Source: an uncultured Dyadobacter sp.
GTDB lineage: Bacteria > Bacteroidota > Bacteroidia > Cytophagales > Spirosomataceae
Assembly (NCBI GenBank): GCA_963976315.1
Contig: CAXBLH010000001.1
Coordinates: 968-64,967 of the forward strand
Length of the DNA: 64,000 bases
Reading direction: 5' to 3'
Shown: one piece after another, positions 9,303 to 19,039 of the stretch
Numbering within the stretch: the stretch's first letter is position 1
How the letters are laid out: every line of letters starts with the position of its first letter
Notes under the pieces: generated by a model
What the model saw: the letters and a program-made list of their open reading frames with translations, nothing else
Told to the model about the DNA's origin: nothing
Databases searched by the model: none
Program-made: the position numbers and the translations under genes

Positions 9303-11354
9303 ATGAATACTTATAGGCTAAACAGCAAATTATTTGCAGCCGTATGTTTGGGCTTTTTTGCCAGCTCGTACCAGCTGTGGGCACAAGAAAAATCCCTAGT
9401 CAATACTTCAAAAAGTCCTTATGCAAAACAAGTATCCGTAAATACCGATGCCGTAACGTGGAAGGGTGGTTTTTGGGGACATTGGGCCGATGTGAGCCAG
9501 GATACAATGGCCATCAGTATGCTCCACTTGTATAAGAATGATGCATTGGCGCATGGTCTGAGCAATTTCGAAATTGCCGCTGGTCATAAGCCAGGTAAGC
9601 ATGGTGGGGCACCGTTTCAGGATGGCGATTTCTATAAAACATTAGAAGCCATTACCTCCGTTTATGCGACTACTAAGGAGCAACGGCTTTACAAGGAATT
9701 AGAGCATATTATAAAAGTAATCGGTGAAGCTCAAAGAGCGGACGGATATATTCATACGCCCACACTGATCAGTCAGCGTAACCACCCCAACCCCAAAAGG
9801 GAGTTTCAGGATCGCATGAATTTTGAAACTTATAATATGGGACATTTGATGACGGCCGCTTGTTTGCACTATCGGGTGACGGGCCAAACTAACTTTCTGG
9901 ACATTGCTATCAAAGCCACGGATTTTTTGGTGGCCTACCATGAACATGCCACTGCCGAGCAGGCTCAAAATGCGATTTGTCCTTCTCATTATATGGGTGC
10001 TGTGGAAATGTATCGTACCACTAGAGACAAAAAATACCTTGATTTGGCTCAAAAAATGATCGATATACGTGGCTTGATAAAAGACGGAACCGATCATAAC
10101 CAGGATCGTATCCCTTTTCGTCAGCAAAGGGAAGCGCTTGGCCATGCCGTTCGGGCCAACTATTTATATGCTGGTGTAGCGGATTTATATGCAGAAACCG
10201 GTGAGGATTCCTTATTGGTAGCTTTGGAACGTATTTGGGAGGACGTAGTGACCAAAAAACTATATATAACCGGAGCTTGTGGTGCGTTATACGACGGTGT
10301 GTCTCCCAACGGAACTACTTATAAGCAATCCACTATCCAGCAGGTACATCAGGCTTATGGACAAGCTTACCAGCTTCCCAATATTACAGCTTATAACGAA
10401 ACCTGTGCGAATATTGGCAACGTACTTTGGAATCATCGGATGTTGTTGGCTACTGGAAACGCCCGTTATGCGGATATTTTAGAGTTGAGTTTATTTAATA
10501 GTGTTTTGTCTGGAACCGACCTGGGTGGTACCAATTTTAATTATACCAATCCATTACGGGTCGACCATGCGATTCCTTATGACTTGCGATGGAAAAAGGA
10601 ACGTGAACCCTACATTTCTTATTCTAATTGCTGTCCGCCAAACGTGGTGAGAACCGTAGCTGAGTCGCAAAACTATGCTTATGCTTTGTCCAAAACTGGT
10701 TTGGTAGTAAATCTTTACGGCGGTAATACCTTGAAAACGCGTTTAATCAGTGGTGGTGAATTGGAACTTATTCAGCAGACCGATTATCCATGGGATGGAA
10801 AAATTAAGCTTACAATTCAAAAAGTAACTCATTCAGATTTTGATATCGCCCTGCGCATTCCGGGTTGGGCTACGGATGCCAGTATACGTGTAAACGGAAA
10901 AGCATCTTCGGTTAAAACGGAGTCTGGGAGCTATGCTACTTTAAATCGTGTTTGGAAAACAGGCGACATCATAGAACTGGATTTGCCTATGCCAGCCCGA
11001 CTCATGTCCGCAAATCCACTGGTGGAAGAAACTCGGAATCAAGTTGCAGTAATGAGAGGGCCGATTGTGTATTGTATTGAATCTCCTGATCTTAAAAAGT
11101 TTAATATTTTCGATGTATTGGTTCCGGCAAATATGCAATTAAAGCCTGTTAAGGAACAAGTTGAAGGGGCAAGCCTGACTTTTTTATATGGGAAAGCGAT
11201 GTTGCAAGCACCCAAAACTTGGGAGGGTAATTTGTATCAGCCTATCAGTTCCAAACCGGATTTGAAGGAAGTTGATATTAAACTAATTCCTTACTTCGCT
11301 TGGGGGAATAGAGGAAAGTCGGAGATGTCGGTATGGATACCCTTATTAAAATGA
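9303..11354 (+). CDS. GH127 glycoside hydrolase (beta-L-arabinofuranosidase / aceric acid hydrolase type)
   Basis: PFQDGDFYK, ETYNMGH, GHAVRANY, YNETCANIG, NCCPPN Zn/Cys motifs, QTDYPWDG, LRIPGW, RGPIVY, LIPYFAWGNRG. Confidence 0.92.
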   Translation: MNTYRLNSKLFAAVCLGFFASSYQLWAQEKSLVNTSKSPYAKQVSVNTDAVTWKGGFWGHWADVSQDTMAISMLHLYKNDALAHGLSNFEIAAGHKPGKHGGAPFQDGDFYKTLEAITSVYATTKEQRLYKELEHIIKVIGEAQRADGYIHTPTLISQRNHPNPKREFQDRMNFETYNMGHLMTAACLHYRVTGQTNFLDIAIKATDFLVAYHEHATAEQAQNAICPSHYMGAVEMYRTTRDKKYLDLAQKMIDIRGLIKDGTDHNQDRIPFRQQREALGHAVRANYLYAGVADLYAETGEDSLLVALERIWEDVVTKKLYITGACGALYDGVSPNGTTYKQSTIQQVHQAYGQAYQLPNITAYNETCANIGNVLWNHRMLLATGNARYADILELSLFNSVLSGTDLGGTNFNYTNPLRVDHAIPYDLRWKKEREPYISYSNCCPPNVVRTVAESQNYAYALSKTGLVVNLYGGNTLKTRLISGGELELIQQTDYPWDGKIKLTIQKVTHSDFDIALRIPGWATDASIRVNGKASSVKTESGSYATLNRVWKTGDIIELDLPMPARLMSANPLVEETRNQVAVMRGPIVYCIESPDLKKFNIFDVLVPANMQLKPVKEQVEGASLTFLYGKAMLQAPKTWEGNLYQPISSKPDLKEVDIKLIPYFAWGNRGKSEMSVWIPLLK

Positions 11355-11532
11355 TATTTGAAAATAGACTATTAAATCTTATCAGAAAATGTTATGCTTT
11401 CGGCACCGGCGAAAATATCCCGTATGTCGTTGGGTCGTCCGCCGAAAGTCTACGCCAGTTTTTATCCAAAAGAAATCGTTATAAGGTCTATTAAAAGCAC
11501 CTTTTGATAAAACGCTAATAAATTATAAAAAT

Positions 11533-13002
11533 ATGAAAATCCACCATTTATCAAGAAAGCGTACCACATTGTACCTATTGGTATTCCTGATCAGTCCATT
11601 TTTGAACTGTTTTGGACAAATTGCCAGCATAAAAAAGCAAGATAAGCCGAGAGTGATTGTAACCTCCGACGGTGAAATAGACGATGAATGCTCCATGGTA
11701 CGGTTCTTACTGTATGCCAATGAGTGGGATATAGAAGGCATTATTACTTCCAGTTCCCAGTACCACTGGCATGGACACAAATGGGCGGGGGATGATTGGA
11801 TTGATCCGTATTTGGATGGCTACAGCAAGGTTTATCCCAATTTGGTGAAACATGATAAAGCCTATCCTACGCCTGATTATTTGAAATCCGTAAACTTTTT
11901 GGGCAACGTAGAAACCGAAGGGGAAATGGAGCTAGTAACGCCAGGTTCACAACATATTGTAAAAGTGTTGTTGGATGAAACCGATCACCGTCCTATTTGG
12001 ATTCAGGCTTGGGGGGGTACCAATACCATCGCTCGAGCATTGAAAACCATTGAAGAAAAACATCCTGAAAAAATGGAATATGTAGCCAATAAAATCCGGT
12101 TTTACTTTATTTGGGAACAAGATGCTACCTATCAATCGTATATACGGCCTCATTGGGGGAAATACAATATTTTAACGATAATTTCCGACCAGTTTGAGGC
12201 GCTAGCCTATCGTTGGAAAACAATCCAACCGAAGGAAATGCTCCCTTATTTTGAGGCGAAATGGATGAAAGAAAATATTTTACAAAATCATGGCGCTTTG
12301 TGCTCTCTCTATAAGTCGCATAATTCGGGAGAAAAGGGCTTTGACGAAGGGGATTTTCGGTCGGAGGGAGACTCGCCGGCTTTTATTCATACTATAATCA
12401 CTGGCCTAAGAAGCATGGAATCGCCCGATTGGGGCGGCTGGGGCGGTCGGTTTGTGAAAGTCCGTGAAAATACCTGGTTGGATCCCGTGTCTGAAAAGGG
12501 GTATAATTATCCTAATGGCCGTTGGTATGGAAGTTCGGGCTGGGGGCGCAATGCCACCCGTGAGGGAGCAACGGTTTCTAATAATGAGGTTTATAAAACC
12601 TATTTTAAACCCATGTGGCGTTGGTCGGATGCACTGCAAAATGATTTTGCTGCTCGTGCAGACTGGTGTGTAAAGCCATTCGGTGGAGCAAATCATCCGC
12701 CTATGGTTAAATTGAAAAATGCGCTGAACCGATCTGGAAAGCCAGGTTCCGTAGTAAAGCTGGATGCGGCAGGTACCACCGATCCGGATGGCGACCAGTT
12801 AAGTTTCTCGTGGTGGCAATACCAGGAAGTCGATACCTACCCTAAAGCAGTTTCTGTAAAAAATGCAACGACTAGCAAAGCTTCGTTTGTGATTCCTGTG
12901 GATGCTCAGAGGGGAGATACCATACACATAATTTGTGAAGTGAAAGACGCAGGTAGTCCTTCCTTGACCAGGTACCAAAGGGTAGTAATAGTTGTAAATT
13001 GA
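11533..13002 (+). CDS. DUF1593 nucleoside-hydrolase-fold protein, signal peptide (paralog 4)
   Basis: VTSDGEIDDECSMVRFLLYAN, AWGGTNTIARAL, SEGDSP, QNDFAARADW; closely similar to 5465-6898. Confidence 0.88.
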   Translation: MKIHHLSRKRTTLYLLVFLISPFLNCFGQIASIKKQDKPRVIVTSDGEIDDECSMVRFLLYANEWDIEGIITSSSQYHWHGHKWAGDDWIDPYLDGYSKVYPNLVKHDKAYPTPDYLKSVNFLGNVETEGEMELVTPGSQHIVKVLLDETDHRPIWIQAWGGTNTIARALKTIEEKHPEKMEYVANKIRFYFIWEQDATYQSYIRPHWGKYNILTIISDQFEALAYRWKTIQPKEMLPYFEAKWMKENILQNHGALCSLYKSHNSGEKGFDEGDFRSEGDSPAFIHTIITGLRSMESPDWGGWGGRFVKVRENTWLDPVSEKGYNYPNGRWYGSSGWGRNATREGATVSNNEVYKTYFKPMWRWSDALQNDFAARADWCVKPFGGANHPPMVKLKNALNRSGKPGSVVKLDAAGTTDPDGDQLSFSWWQYQEVDTYPKAVSVKNATTSKASFVIPVDAQRGDTIHIICEVKDAGSPSLTRYQRVVIVVN

Positions 13003-13113
13003 CAAAGAAGATTCATTTCAAAAATAATAATTAAACGCATAAAAGGAAAATAAACGTAAATGGTGATTTGTCCTTTTGTTTAAAATTACCAGTTGTATAC
13101 CCAATTTCGATTT

Positions 13114-13150
13114 AGATGGCATCTTTCAGTAGGTGCCATCTCTTTTTTTT
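13114..13150 (+). terminator. Intrinsic terminator after DUF1593 paralog 4
   Basis: AGATGGCATCT-ttcagt-AGGTGCCATCT followed by C and T8. Confidence 0.8.
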
Positions 13151-13740
13151 ACTCTCCTTTCGTATGGATATAGCGTCTAGTAAGAGGTTATATAAATAGC
13201 TTGAGAAGTAAAATTCCACAGGGGCGTTAGTTTTAAATTCTTAGTAGAGTGCTATTTAAACCTGAAAATAATAGAACGGAGCTCTGGCATCAACAAAACA
13301 ATTGTTTCACGCCAAGATCGCAGGGCGAACGCCTCTTTGTCGCCAGTTTCCAGCATTTTACCCGCTGAATCAACTATCAAGAGTTAAATCACGATGGATA
13401 TGGTTTGAATTATGGCCAATGTGTATCTGTTTTTAGCCTTCCAGTTTGTTTATTTTATTGAAAAGGATCTTTTGTTGTCTAGGAATGTTTATTTTAATGG
13501 TCTTTTTTTTGCAGTTATAGAGCGGATATTGTTTGTAAATAAAGATTAACGAAAGTCAAAAGAATATAAAAGAAACAAAAAAAGAAAAAAATAGTAAAAT
13601 ATGATTGTTTTATTGGACGTGTAGATTTAACTTTATGCAATTATTTACTTTTTTCCTTCGAAAGGTATAATTATAGTTAAAAAATCGAAAGGCATTTAAG
13701 TAAGAGATTTATTATTATTTTCTATAAACCTTTTTTATTT

Positions 13741-16700
13741 ATGTTTAAAACTGTACGTTTTTATTCCAATGGAATAAAGAAACCATCCAGTAAGCGGTGG
13801 TTTTGGTGGGCAATTGCAGTGTTAGTGACAGTTTCATTGGAGACCATGGCCCAAAATAAAGTGTCTGGAAAAGTGACTACTGAGGGAGGATTTGGACTTC
13901 CAGGGGCTTCGGTTGTGGTGGATGGCACCAATGTTGGAACCACCACAGACAATGATGGTAACTATTCCATTACGACACCAAAGGGTTCTAAAAGGCTTAT
14001 TTTTAGTTTTATCGGTTATTTGGGTCAAAAAATAGCCATTGATTCTAAGAGTATAATTAATGTAGACCTGAAAGAAGATGCTGCGCAGCTTTCTGATGTA
14101 GTGGTAATTGGCTATGGTACAGTTAAAAAAAGGGATTTAACAGGCGCGGTAACCTCTATCAAAAGTGAGGATATTAAGCAGGTACCTGCCCAAAACCCTC
14201 TAGAATCTATTCAGGGAAAGGTGGCTGGTGTGGATATAACCAGAGGTAGCGGTTCTGCCACTTCAGGGATTAGTATTCGTATAAGAGGTAACCGTTCCAT
14301 CGGAGCAGGAAATGGCCCACTTTTTATAGTGGATGGGATTCAAACTAGCAACATTGATAATATTAATCCGAACGACATCGAATCGATGGAGTTTTTGAAA
14401 GATGCTTCATCCACGGCGATTTATGGCTGGCAAGGAGCTAATGGTATTGTGATTGTTAGTACCAAAAAAGGAGCTTCTGGTAAGCCAAGGGTTAATTTTA
14501 ACATGTATTATGGCGTTTCTCAGGTTTCCAGATATCCTTCGGTTTTGGATGGTCCTGGTTATGTAGCCATCAAAAGGGAAGCGAATAGAGCTGCTGGAAA
14601 ATGGAATTCAGAAACGGATGATGCCGCCATTTTTAACACCCAAGAACTAGCTGCCATAAAGAATGGGGATTGGATCGACTATCAAAAAGAGCTCTTGCAT
14701 AATGGTAGACAACAAAATTACAATGTGGGTGTGAATGCCGGAAGTGATAAAACAAAGGTGTTTTTCTCCCTAGACTATTTCAACGAAAACGGTATTGTTA
14801 AATTTGATCAGGCTAAGCGCTATTCTTTTAGAGCTAATATTGATCAAACCATCAATAGTTGGATCAAAGTGGGGCTGCAAAGTCAGGTAACTTATAGAAA
14901 TGAAAGTTATAGAAGAGATCCTTTGAACATGGCTAATAAGATTATCCCCCTAGGAACCATCTATGATGAAAACGGTATTTTTATCCCCTATCCATTAAGC
15001 GGGTCGTCGATTAGTCCGCTGGCAGATGAGCAGCCGGATGTTTTTTCGAATACAGGAAAGAAAACAAATATTATCTCCAATGCCTATTTCGAAATGAAGC
15101 CTCTGAAAGGATTGACCTTCCGATCTAACTTCGGAGTAAACCTAGGTTATGCACGGATTGGCCTTTTCGAAGCTTCCAATACCATTAGCAGAAATGGAAG
15201 TAATAGCCAATCCTCTATTGCATCTTCTAATAGCAGCTTTATCAATTGGGATAATATCTTAACCTATAATAAAGAAATTGCTGGTCATTCCTTTACAGTA
15301 ACGGCACTGAGTAGCTACGTAGAAAATGTCGCGGAAAGTGTATCCGCACTGGGACAAGGGCAACTTTTGCCTGCTCAGTTATATTATGCGCTGGGCAATG
15401 CCCCAAGCAATATTTCTATAAGTAGTGATTATGAAAAATGGAGTGTTTTGTCTTTTGCTGGACGTTTAAATTACAATTACAAAAGTAAGTATCTATTGAC
15501 CTTAACAAACCGGGCGGATGGAGCTTCCAGACTTTCGGCAGGGAATAAGTGGGCGTTTTTCCCATCTGCCGCAGTAGCTTGGCAAGTAGGGGATGAAGAA
15601 TTCATGAAAGATCAAAATATATTCTCAGACCTAAAGGTGCGACTTAGCTATGGGGTTTCTGGTAATTCAGGTATTTCTCCTTATGGGACACAAAGTACCC
15701 TGGCGCGAGTACCGATGGCTTTTGGTGAAACAAGTTTCCAAGGATTTACATTTTCACCCCTTCTGGGAAATACGGATGCGGGATGGGAGCTTTCCAAAAC
15801 CAAGAACTTAGGTATTGATATGGGCTTCTTCAAAAGTAGGCTGACGGCTAATTTGGATATTTATGATACCCGTACTTCCGACTTGTTGTTACCCCGTGGC
15901 TTACCTCCGACAACAGGAGTAAAAACGGTTTATCAAAATATTGGGAAGACTAGAAACAATGGAGTTGAATTAGGAATTAATTCAGTAAACATTAAAACAA
16001 AGGATTTTAGCTGGAATTCAACATTGACGTTTACTCATAACCGTGAAAGAATTGTTTCGCTGGTTACCGAGGGTATAGATGACATTGGAAATGGATGGTT
16101 CTTAGGTAAACCTATCAGTGTATTTTATGATTATGAAAAATTAGGTATCTGGCAAACGGCTGAGCAAGATCAAGCGGCTTTGTTTGGGCAAAAACCAGGA
16201 GATATCAAGGTGAAGGATCAGAATGGAGATGGTAAAATTGATGCTGTAAATGACAGGGTAGTGTTAGCAGGTGAAAACAGACCGAACTGGTATGGTGGCT
16301 TAAACAACAAAGTAACTTTCAAAGGCTTCGACCTGAGTGTTTATTTGTTTGCTCGTTGGGGACAAACGATCAATCCCTCTTTCCTAGGAAGATACGACCG
16401 CCAGTCCAATCTGAGTAATAGCTCTGCAGCTATTGACTACTGGACTCCAGAAAACCCTACGAATGCGTATCCACGTCCAAATGCTAACATTTCGGGTGCA
16501 TCTACTTTGTATTGGAGTACTATTGGGTATGTAGACGGTTCTTATTTGCGGGTCAGAAACCTTTCATTAGGCTATACTTTTCCAAATTTGAAAAAATCGT
16601 ATTTCAACAATTTACGGTTTTATGTAACGGGCTCAAATCTTATGACCTGGACCAAAAGTTCCAAATTGAAGGAGTATGACCCTGAAAGAGGTGGTGGCGA

Positions 16701-16752
16701 AAGCAGTCCCATGTTGAAAAATGTAGTGGTTGGTCTTAACCTTGGATTTTAA
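13741..16752 (+). CDS. susC: SusC/RagA TonB-dependent transporter
   Basis: CarboxypepD-like N-terminus, VVVIGYGT, PLFIVDG, INPNDIESMEFLKDASSTAIYG, RADGASRL, C-terminal F. Confidence 0.96.
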   Translation: MFKTVRFYSNGIKKPSSKRWFWWAIAVLVTVSLETMAQNKVSGKVTTEGGFGLPGASVVVDGTNVGTTTDNDGNYSITTPKGSKRLIFSFIGYLGQKIAIDSKSIINVDLKEDAAQLSDVVVIGYGTVKKRDLTGAVTSIKSEDIKQVPAQNPLESIQGKVAGVDITRGSGSATSGISIRIRGNRSIGAGNGPLFIVDGIQTSNIDNINPNDIESMEFLKDASSTAIYGWQGANGIVIVSTKKGASGKPRVNFNMYYGVSQVSRYPSVLDGPGYVAIKREANRAAGKWNSETDDAAIFNTQELAAIKNGDWIDYQKELLHNGRQQNYNVGVNAGSDKTKVFFSLDYFNENGIVKFDQAKRYSFRANIDQTINSWIKVGLQSQVTYRNESYRRDPLNMANKIIPLGTIYDENGIFIPYPLSGSSISPLADEQPDVFSNTGKKTNIISNAYFEMKPLKGLTFRSNFGVNLGYARIGLFEASNTISRNGSNSQSSIASSNSSFINWDNILTYNKEIAGHSFTVTALSSYVENVAESVSALGQGQLLPAQLYYALGNAPSNISISSDYEKWSVLSFAGRLNYNYKSKYLLTLTNRADGASRLSAGNKWAFFPSAAVAWQVGDEEFMKDQNIFSDLKVRLSYGVSGNSGISPYGTQSTLARVPMAFGETSFQGFTFSPLLGNTDAGWELSKTKNLGIDMGFFKSRLTANLDIYDTRTSDLLLPRGLPPTTGVKTVYQNIGKTRNNGVELGINSVNIKTKDFSWNSTLTFTHNRERIVSLVTEGIDDIGNGWFLGKPISVFYDYEKLGIWQTAEQDQAALFGQKPGDIKVKDQNGDGKIDAVNDRVVLAGENRPNWYGGLNNKVTFKGFDLSVYLFARWGQTINPSFLGRYDRQSNLSNSSAAIDYWTPENPTNAYPRPNANISGASTLYWSTIGYVDGSYLRVRNLSLGYTFPNLKKSYFNNLRFYVTGSNLMTWTKSSKLKEYDPERGGGESSPMLKNVVVGLNLGF

Positions 16753-16772
16753 TCATAATAAAGTTTATTGAA

Positions 16773-18401
16773 ATGAAAAAAATAGCATTATTTATCATAT
16801 TTCTTGCCGTTGTAGTTTCTTCCTGTAAGGATGCAATTACCGAGTATAACCCAAGTGGTTTAACGGCAGAAGCGGTGTATACCACTCCGGAGGGTTTTGA
16901 GTCGCTAGTAAATGCGGCGTACAGCTATCAGAGATGGTGGTATGGCAAAGAGGAAGCCTATAATATTTCTGAAATGGGTACCGATATCTGGACCAGCGCC
17001 GCTGGGGATGTATTTCCTGACTTATCGCAATATATCAATCTGCAAGGAACCAATGCTCCACTTTCTTCGGAATGGACGGCACTATACGCTGGTGTTAACT
17101 TATGTAACGCTGGTATAAACCGAATTGGGGATGTGAATTTTACACCTGTAATGAAGGCGCAGAGAGAAGCAGAACTTCGCTTCTTACGTGCATTTTACTA
17201 TTGGCATATCGTTGAAACTTGGGGTGGTGTTCATTTTACGCTGGAAGAAACCAAAGGGATATCAACTACGGCAAATAAAACGCCGGTTGAAACTTTTTAT
17301 AAGCAAATATTTGAAGATTTGCAGTTTGCAACTAAAAATTTGGCCAGCACTACTACCAACTACGGCAGGGTGACAAAGCCAGCTGCTATGGCATTTTTGG
17401 CTAGAATGTACCTGACGAGAGGGATGAATGCAGAGGCAAATAATATGGCGAATTCTGTTTTGAAGGGCAACTTTGGCTACAAGCTGGAAGCCAACTATGC
17501 CGATCTTTGGAAAATGAGTAATAACCAAAACAAAGAAATTTTGTATGCGGTTAACTATTCAGCAAATTTAACACTCAACGACCTTTATAACTCCACTACT
17601 AACGTAACGGGGCATGGTAGAGGTAGTAATAATGGACACCTGCATTTCTTGATGAAATACGATAACCTTCCAGGAATGTTAAGAGACATCACCTATGGCC
17701 GTCCTTTTAACAGGTATATGCCCACACGTTTTTTACTAGACCTTTACGGTCCAGCGGATGCGCGGTATGAAGGGTCCTTTATGGAGGTTTGGCTTGCTAA
17801 CTCTGGTACTAGACCTACGGGTATGAAACTGGGTGATACCGCGGTGGTTGCCACCAGAAAATCCTTGGCAAAACCAGCAGGAGCGTTGTATACTTTGGTA
17901 GACCGTAACGCTATTTATAATACGGACGGTACGGCTAAAAATAACTTGGTTTATCCAACACTTACAAAACACATGGATAATACACGTTCCAGTGCAAATG
18001 AAGCACAAAGTGCTAGAGATGCTTATGTAATTCGGTTGGCAGAAGTGTATCTAATCGCTGCCGAGGCACAAATGAAACTGGGGAAACTTGATTCAGCGGC
18101 TATCAATATGAACATCGTTCGTACACGAGCAGCAAAACCTGGGAAACAGGCTGATATGCAGATAGCGGCAAGCCAAGTAACACTTGATTTTATTCTGGAT
18201 GAGCGCGCCAGAGAATTTGCGGGCGAGCAATTGAGATGGTTTGATCTTAAAAGAACGGGCAAACTCGTGGAAAGAGTGAAAGCGCATAACCCAAATGCTA
18301 CGGGTATCCAGTCTTTTCATACGACCAGACCCATCCCAAGGGCGCAGCTAGATGCAGTAACAAACCGCGTGGAGTTTGCTCAAAATGAAGGTTACCAATA
18401 G
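16773..18401 (+). CDS. susD: SusD/RagB glycan-binding lipoprotein
   Basis: Lipobox VSSC, ELRFLRAFYY, IRLAEVYLIAAEA, ERAREFAGEQLRWFDLKR, QNEGY. Confidence 0.96.
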   Translation: MKKIALFIIFLAVVVSSCKDAITEYNPSGLTAEAVYTTPEGFESLVNAAYSYQRWWYGKEEAYNISEMGTDIWTSAAGDVFPDLSQYINLQGTNAPLSSEWTALYAGVNLCNAGINRIGDVNFTPVMKAQREAELRFLRAFYYWHIVETWGGVHFTLEETKGISTTANKTPVETFYKQIFEDLQFATKNLASTTTNYGRVTKPAAMAFLARMYLTRGMNAEANNMANSVLKGNFGYKLEANYADLWKMSNNQNKEILYAVNYSANLTLNDLYNSTTNVTGHGRGSNNGHLHFLMKYDNLPGMLRDITYGRPFNRYMPTRFLLDLYGPADARYEGSFMEVWLANSGTRPTGMKLGDTAVVATRKSLAKPAGALYTLVDRNAIYNTDGTAKNNLVYPTLTKHMDNTRSSANEAQSARDAYVIRLAEVYLIAAEAQMKLGKLDSAAINMNIVRTRAAKPGKQADMQIAASQVTLDFILDERAREFAGEQLRWFDLKRTGKLVERVKAHNPNATGIQSFHTTRPIPRAQLDAVTNRVEFAQNEGYQ

Positions 18402-18423
18402 TAACGTTTAAATCGTTAAAAGC

Positions 18424-18460
18424 ATAAAGGCCGTTCCAGAAACTCTGGGACGGCCTTTAT
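18424..18460 (+). terminator. Hairpin terminator after susD
   Basis: ATAAAGGCCGTTCCAGA-aac-TCTGGGACGGCCTTTAT. Confidence 0.8.
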
Positions 18461-18524
18461 CGTAATCAGGCTAAATTTCTTCCTTATCTTCTAAGCAAGA
18501 TTTTACCCTTCACCTTCACCAAGG

Positions 18525-18540
18525 TTTGTGTCCTCACAAA
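18525..18540. repeat. Short REP-like palindrome
   Basis: TTTGTG-tcct-CACAAA; resembles extragenic palindromes recalled from Flavobacteriia/Cytophagia; single copy here. Confidence 0.3.
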
Positions 18541-19039
18541 ATTTTAAAAGAAGTGGTTGTTTCCTAAGTTCCCCCATTTGGAAACGGAGGATACGAATCT
18601 ATAAAAAGCTATTGCCTTGATTTATAGATTTCTTTTAGGTCACCGCATTCTTTTTATCTGGCAGGTACGAGTTTTGTAATACTTCGTTCTGAACTAAAAC
18701 AGTCACACTAATGAAAAACGATACCGGCTTAGCGCCACCATTCAAAACAAAATCCTTTGTGGGGACAGAACATACTTTGGAGGGCATACTCCACCATGGT
18801 CTTCGGGCAGTAAAGTGCTTGGTAACAACATTCCTTATGATACTAAGCCCAGTAAACGCTACTAAACTACAACTATCAGATCCCATTGTTTTAAGAAATG
18901 GGTAAACGAGGATAGGAACGAATTAGGCAGTTGATTTTTGGAAAAAGTAGAAAAACAAGCCGACTGCCGACCAAAAATAAACAAAACATAAAATGAACAA
19001 CCGGGCACCCTAGGAAGCCTGACCAACTTAATAAATACC

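Noticed and set aside
13250-13445. Possible gene remnant in the 740-bp gap before susC (LIVDSAGKMLETGDKEAFALRSW...)
   Set aside because: Short open stretch with no recognisable family
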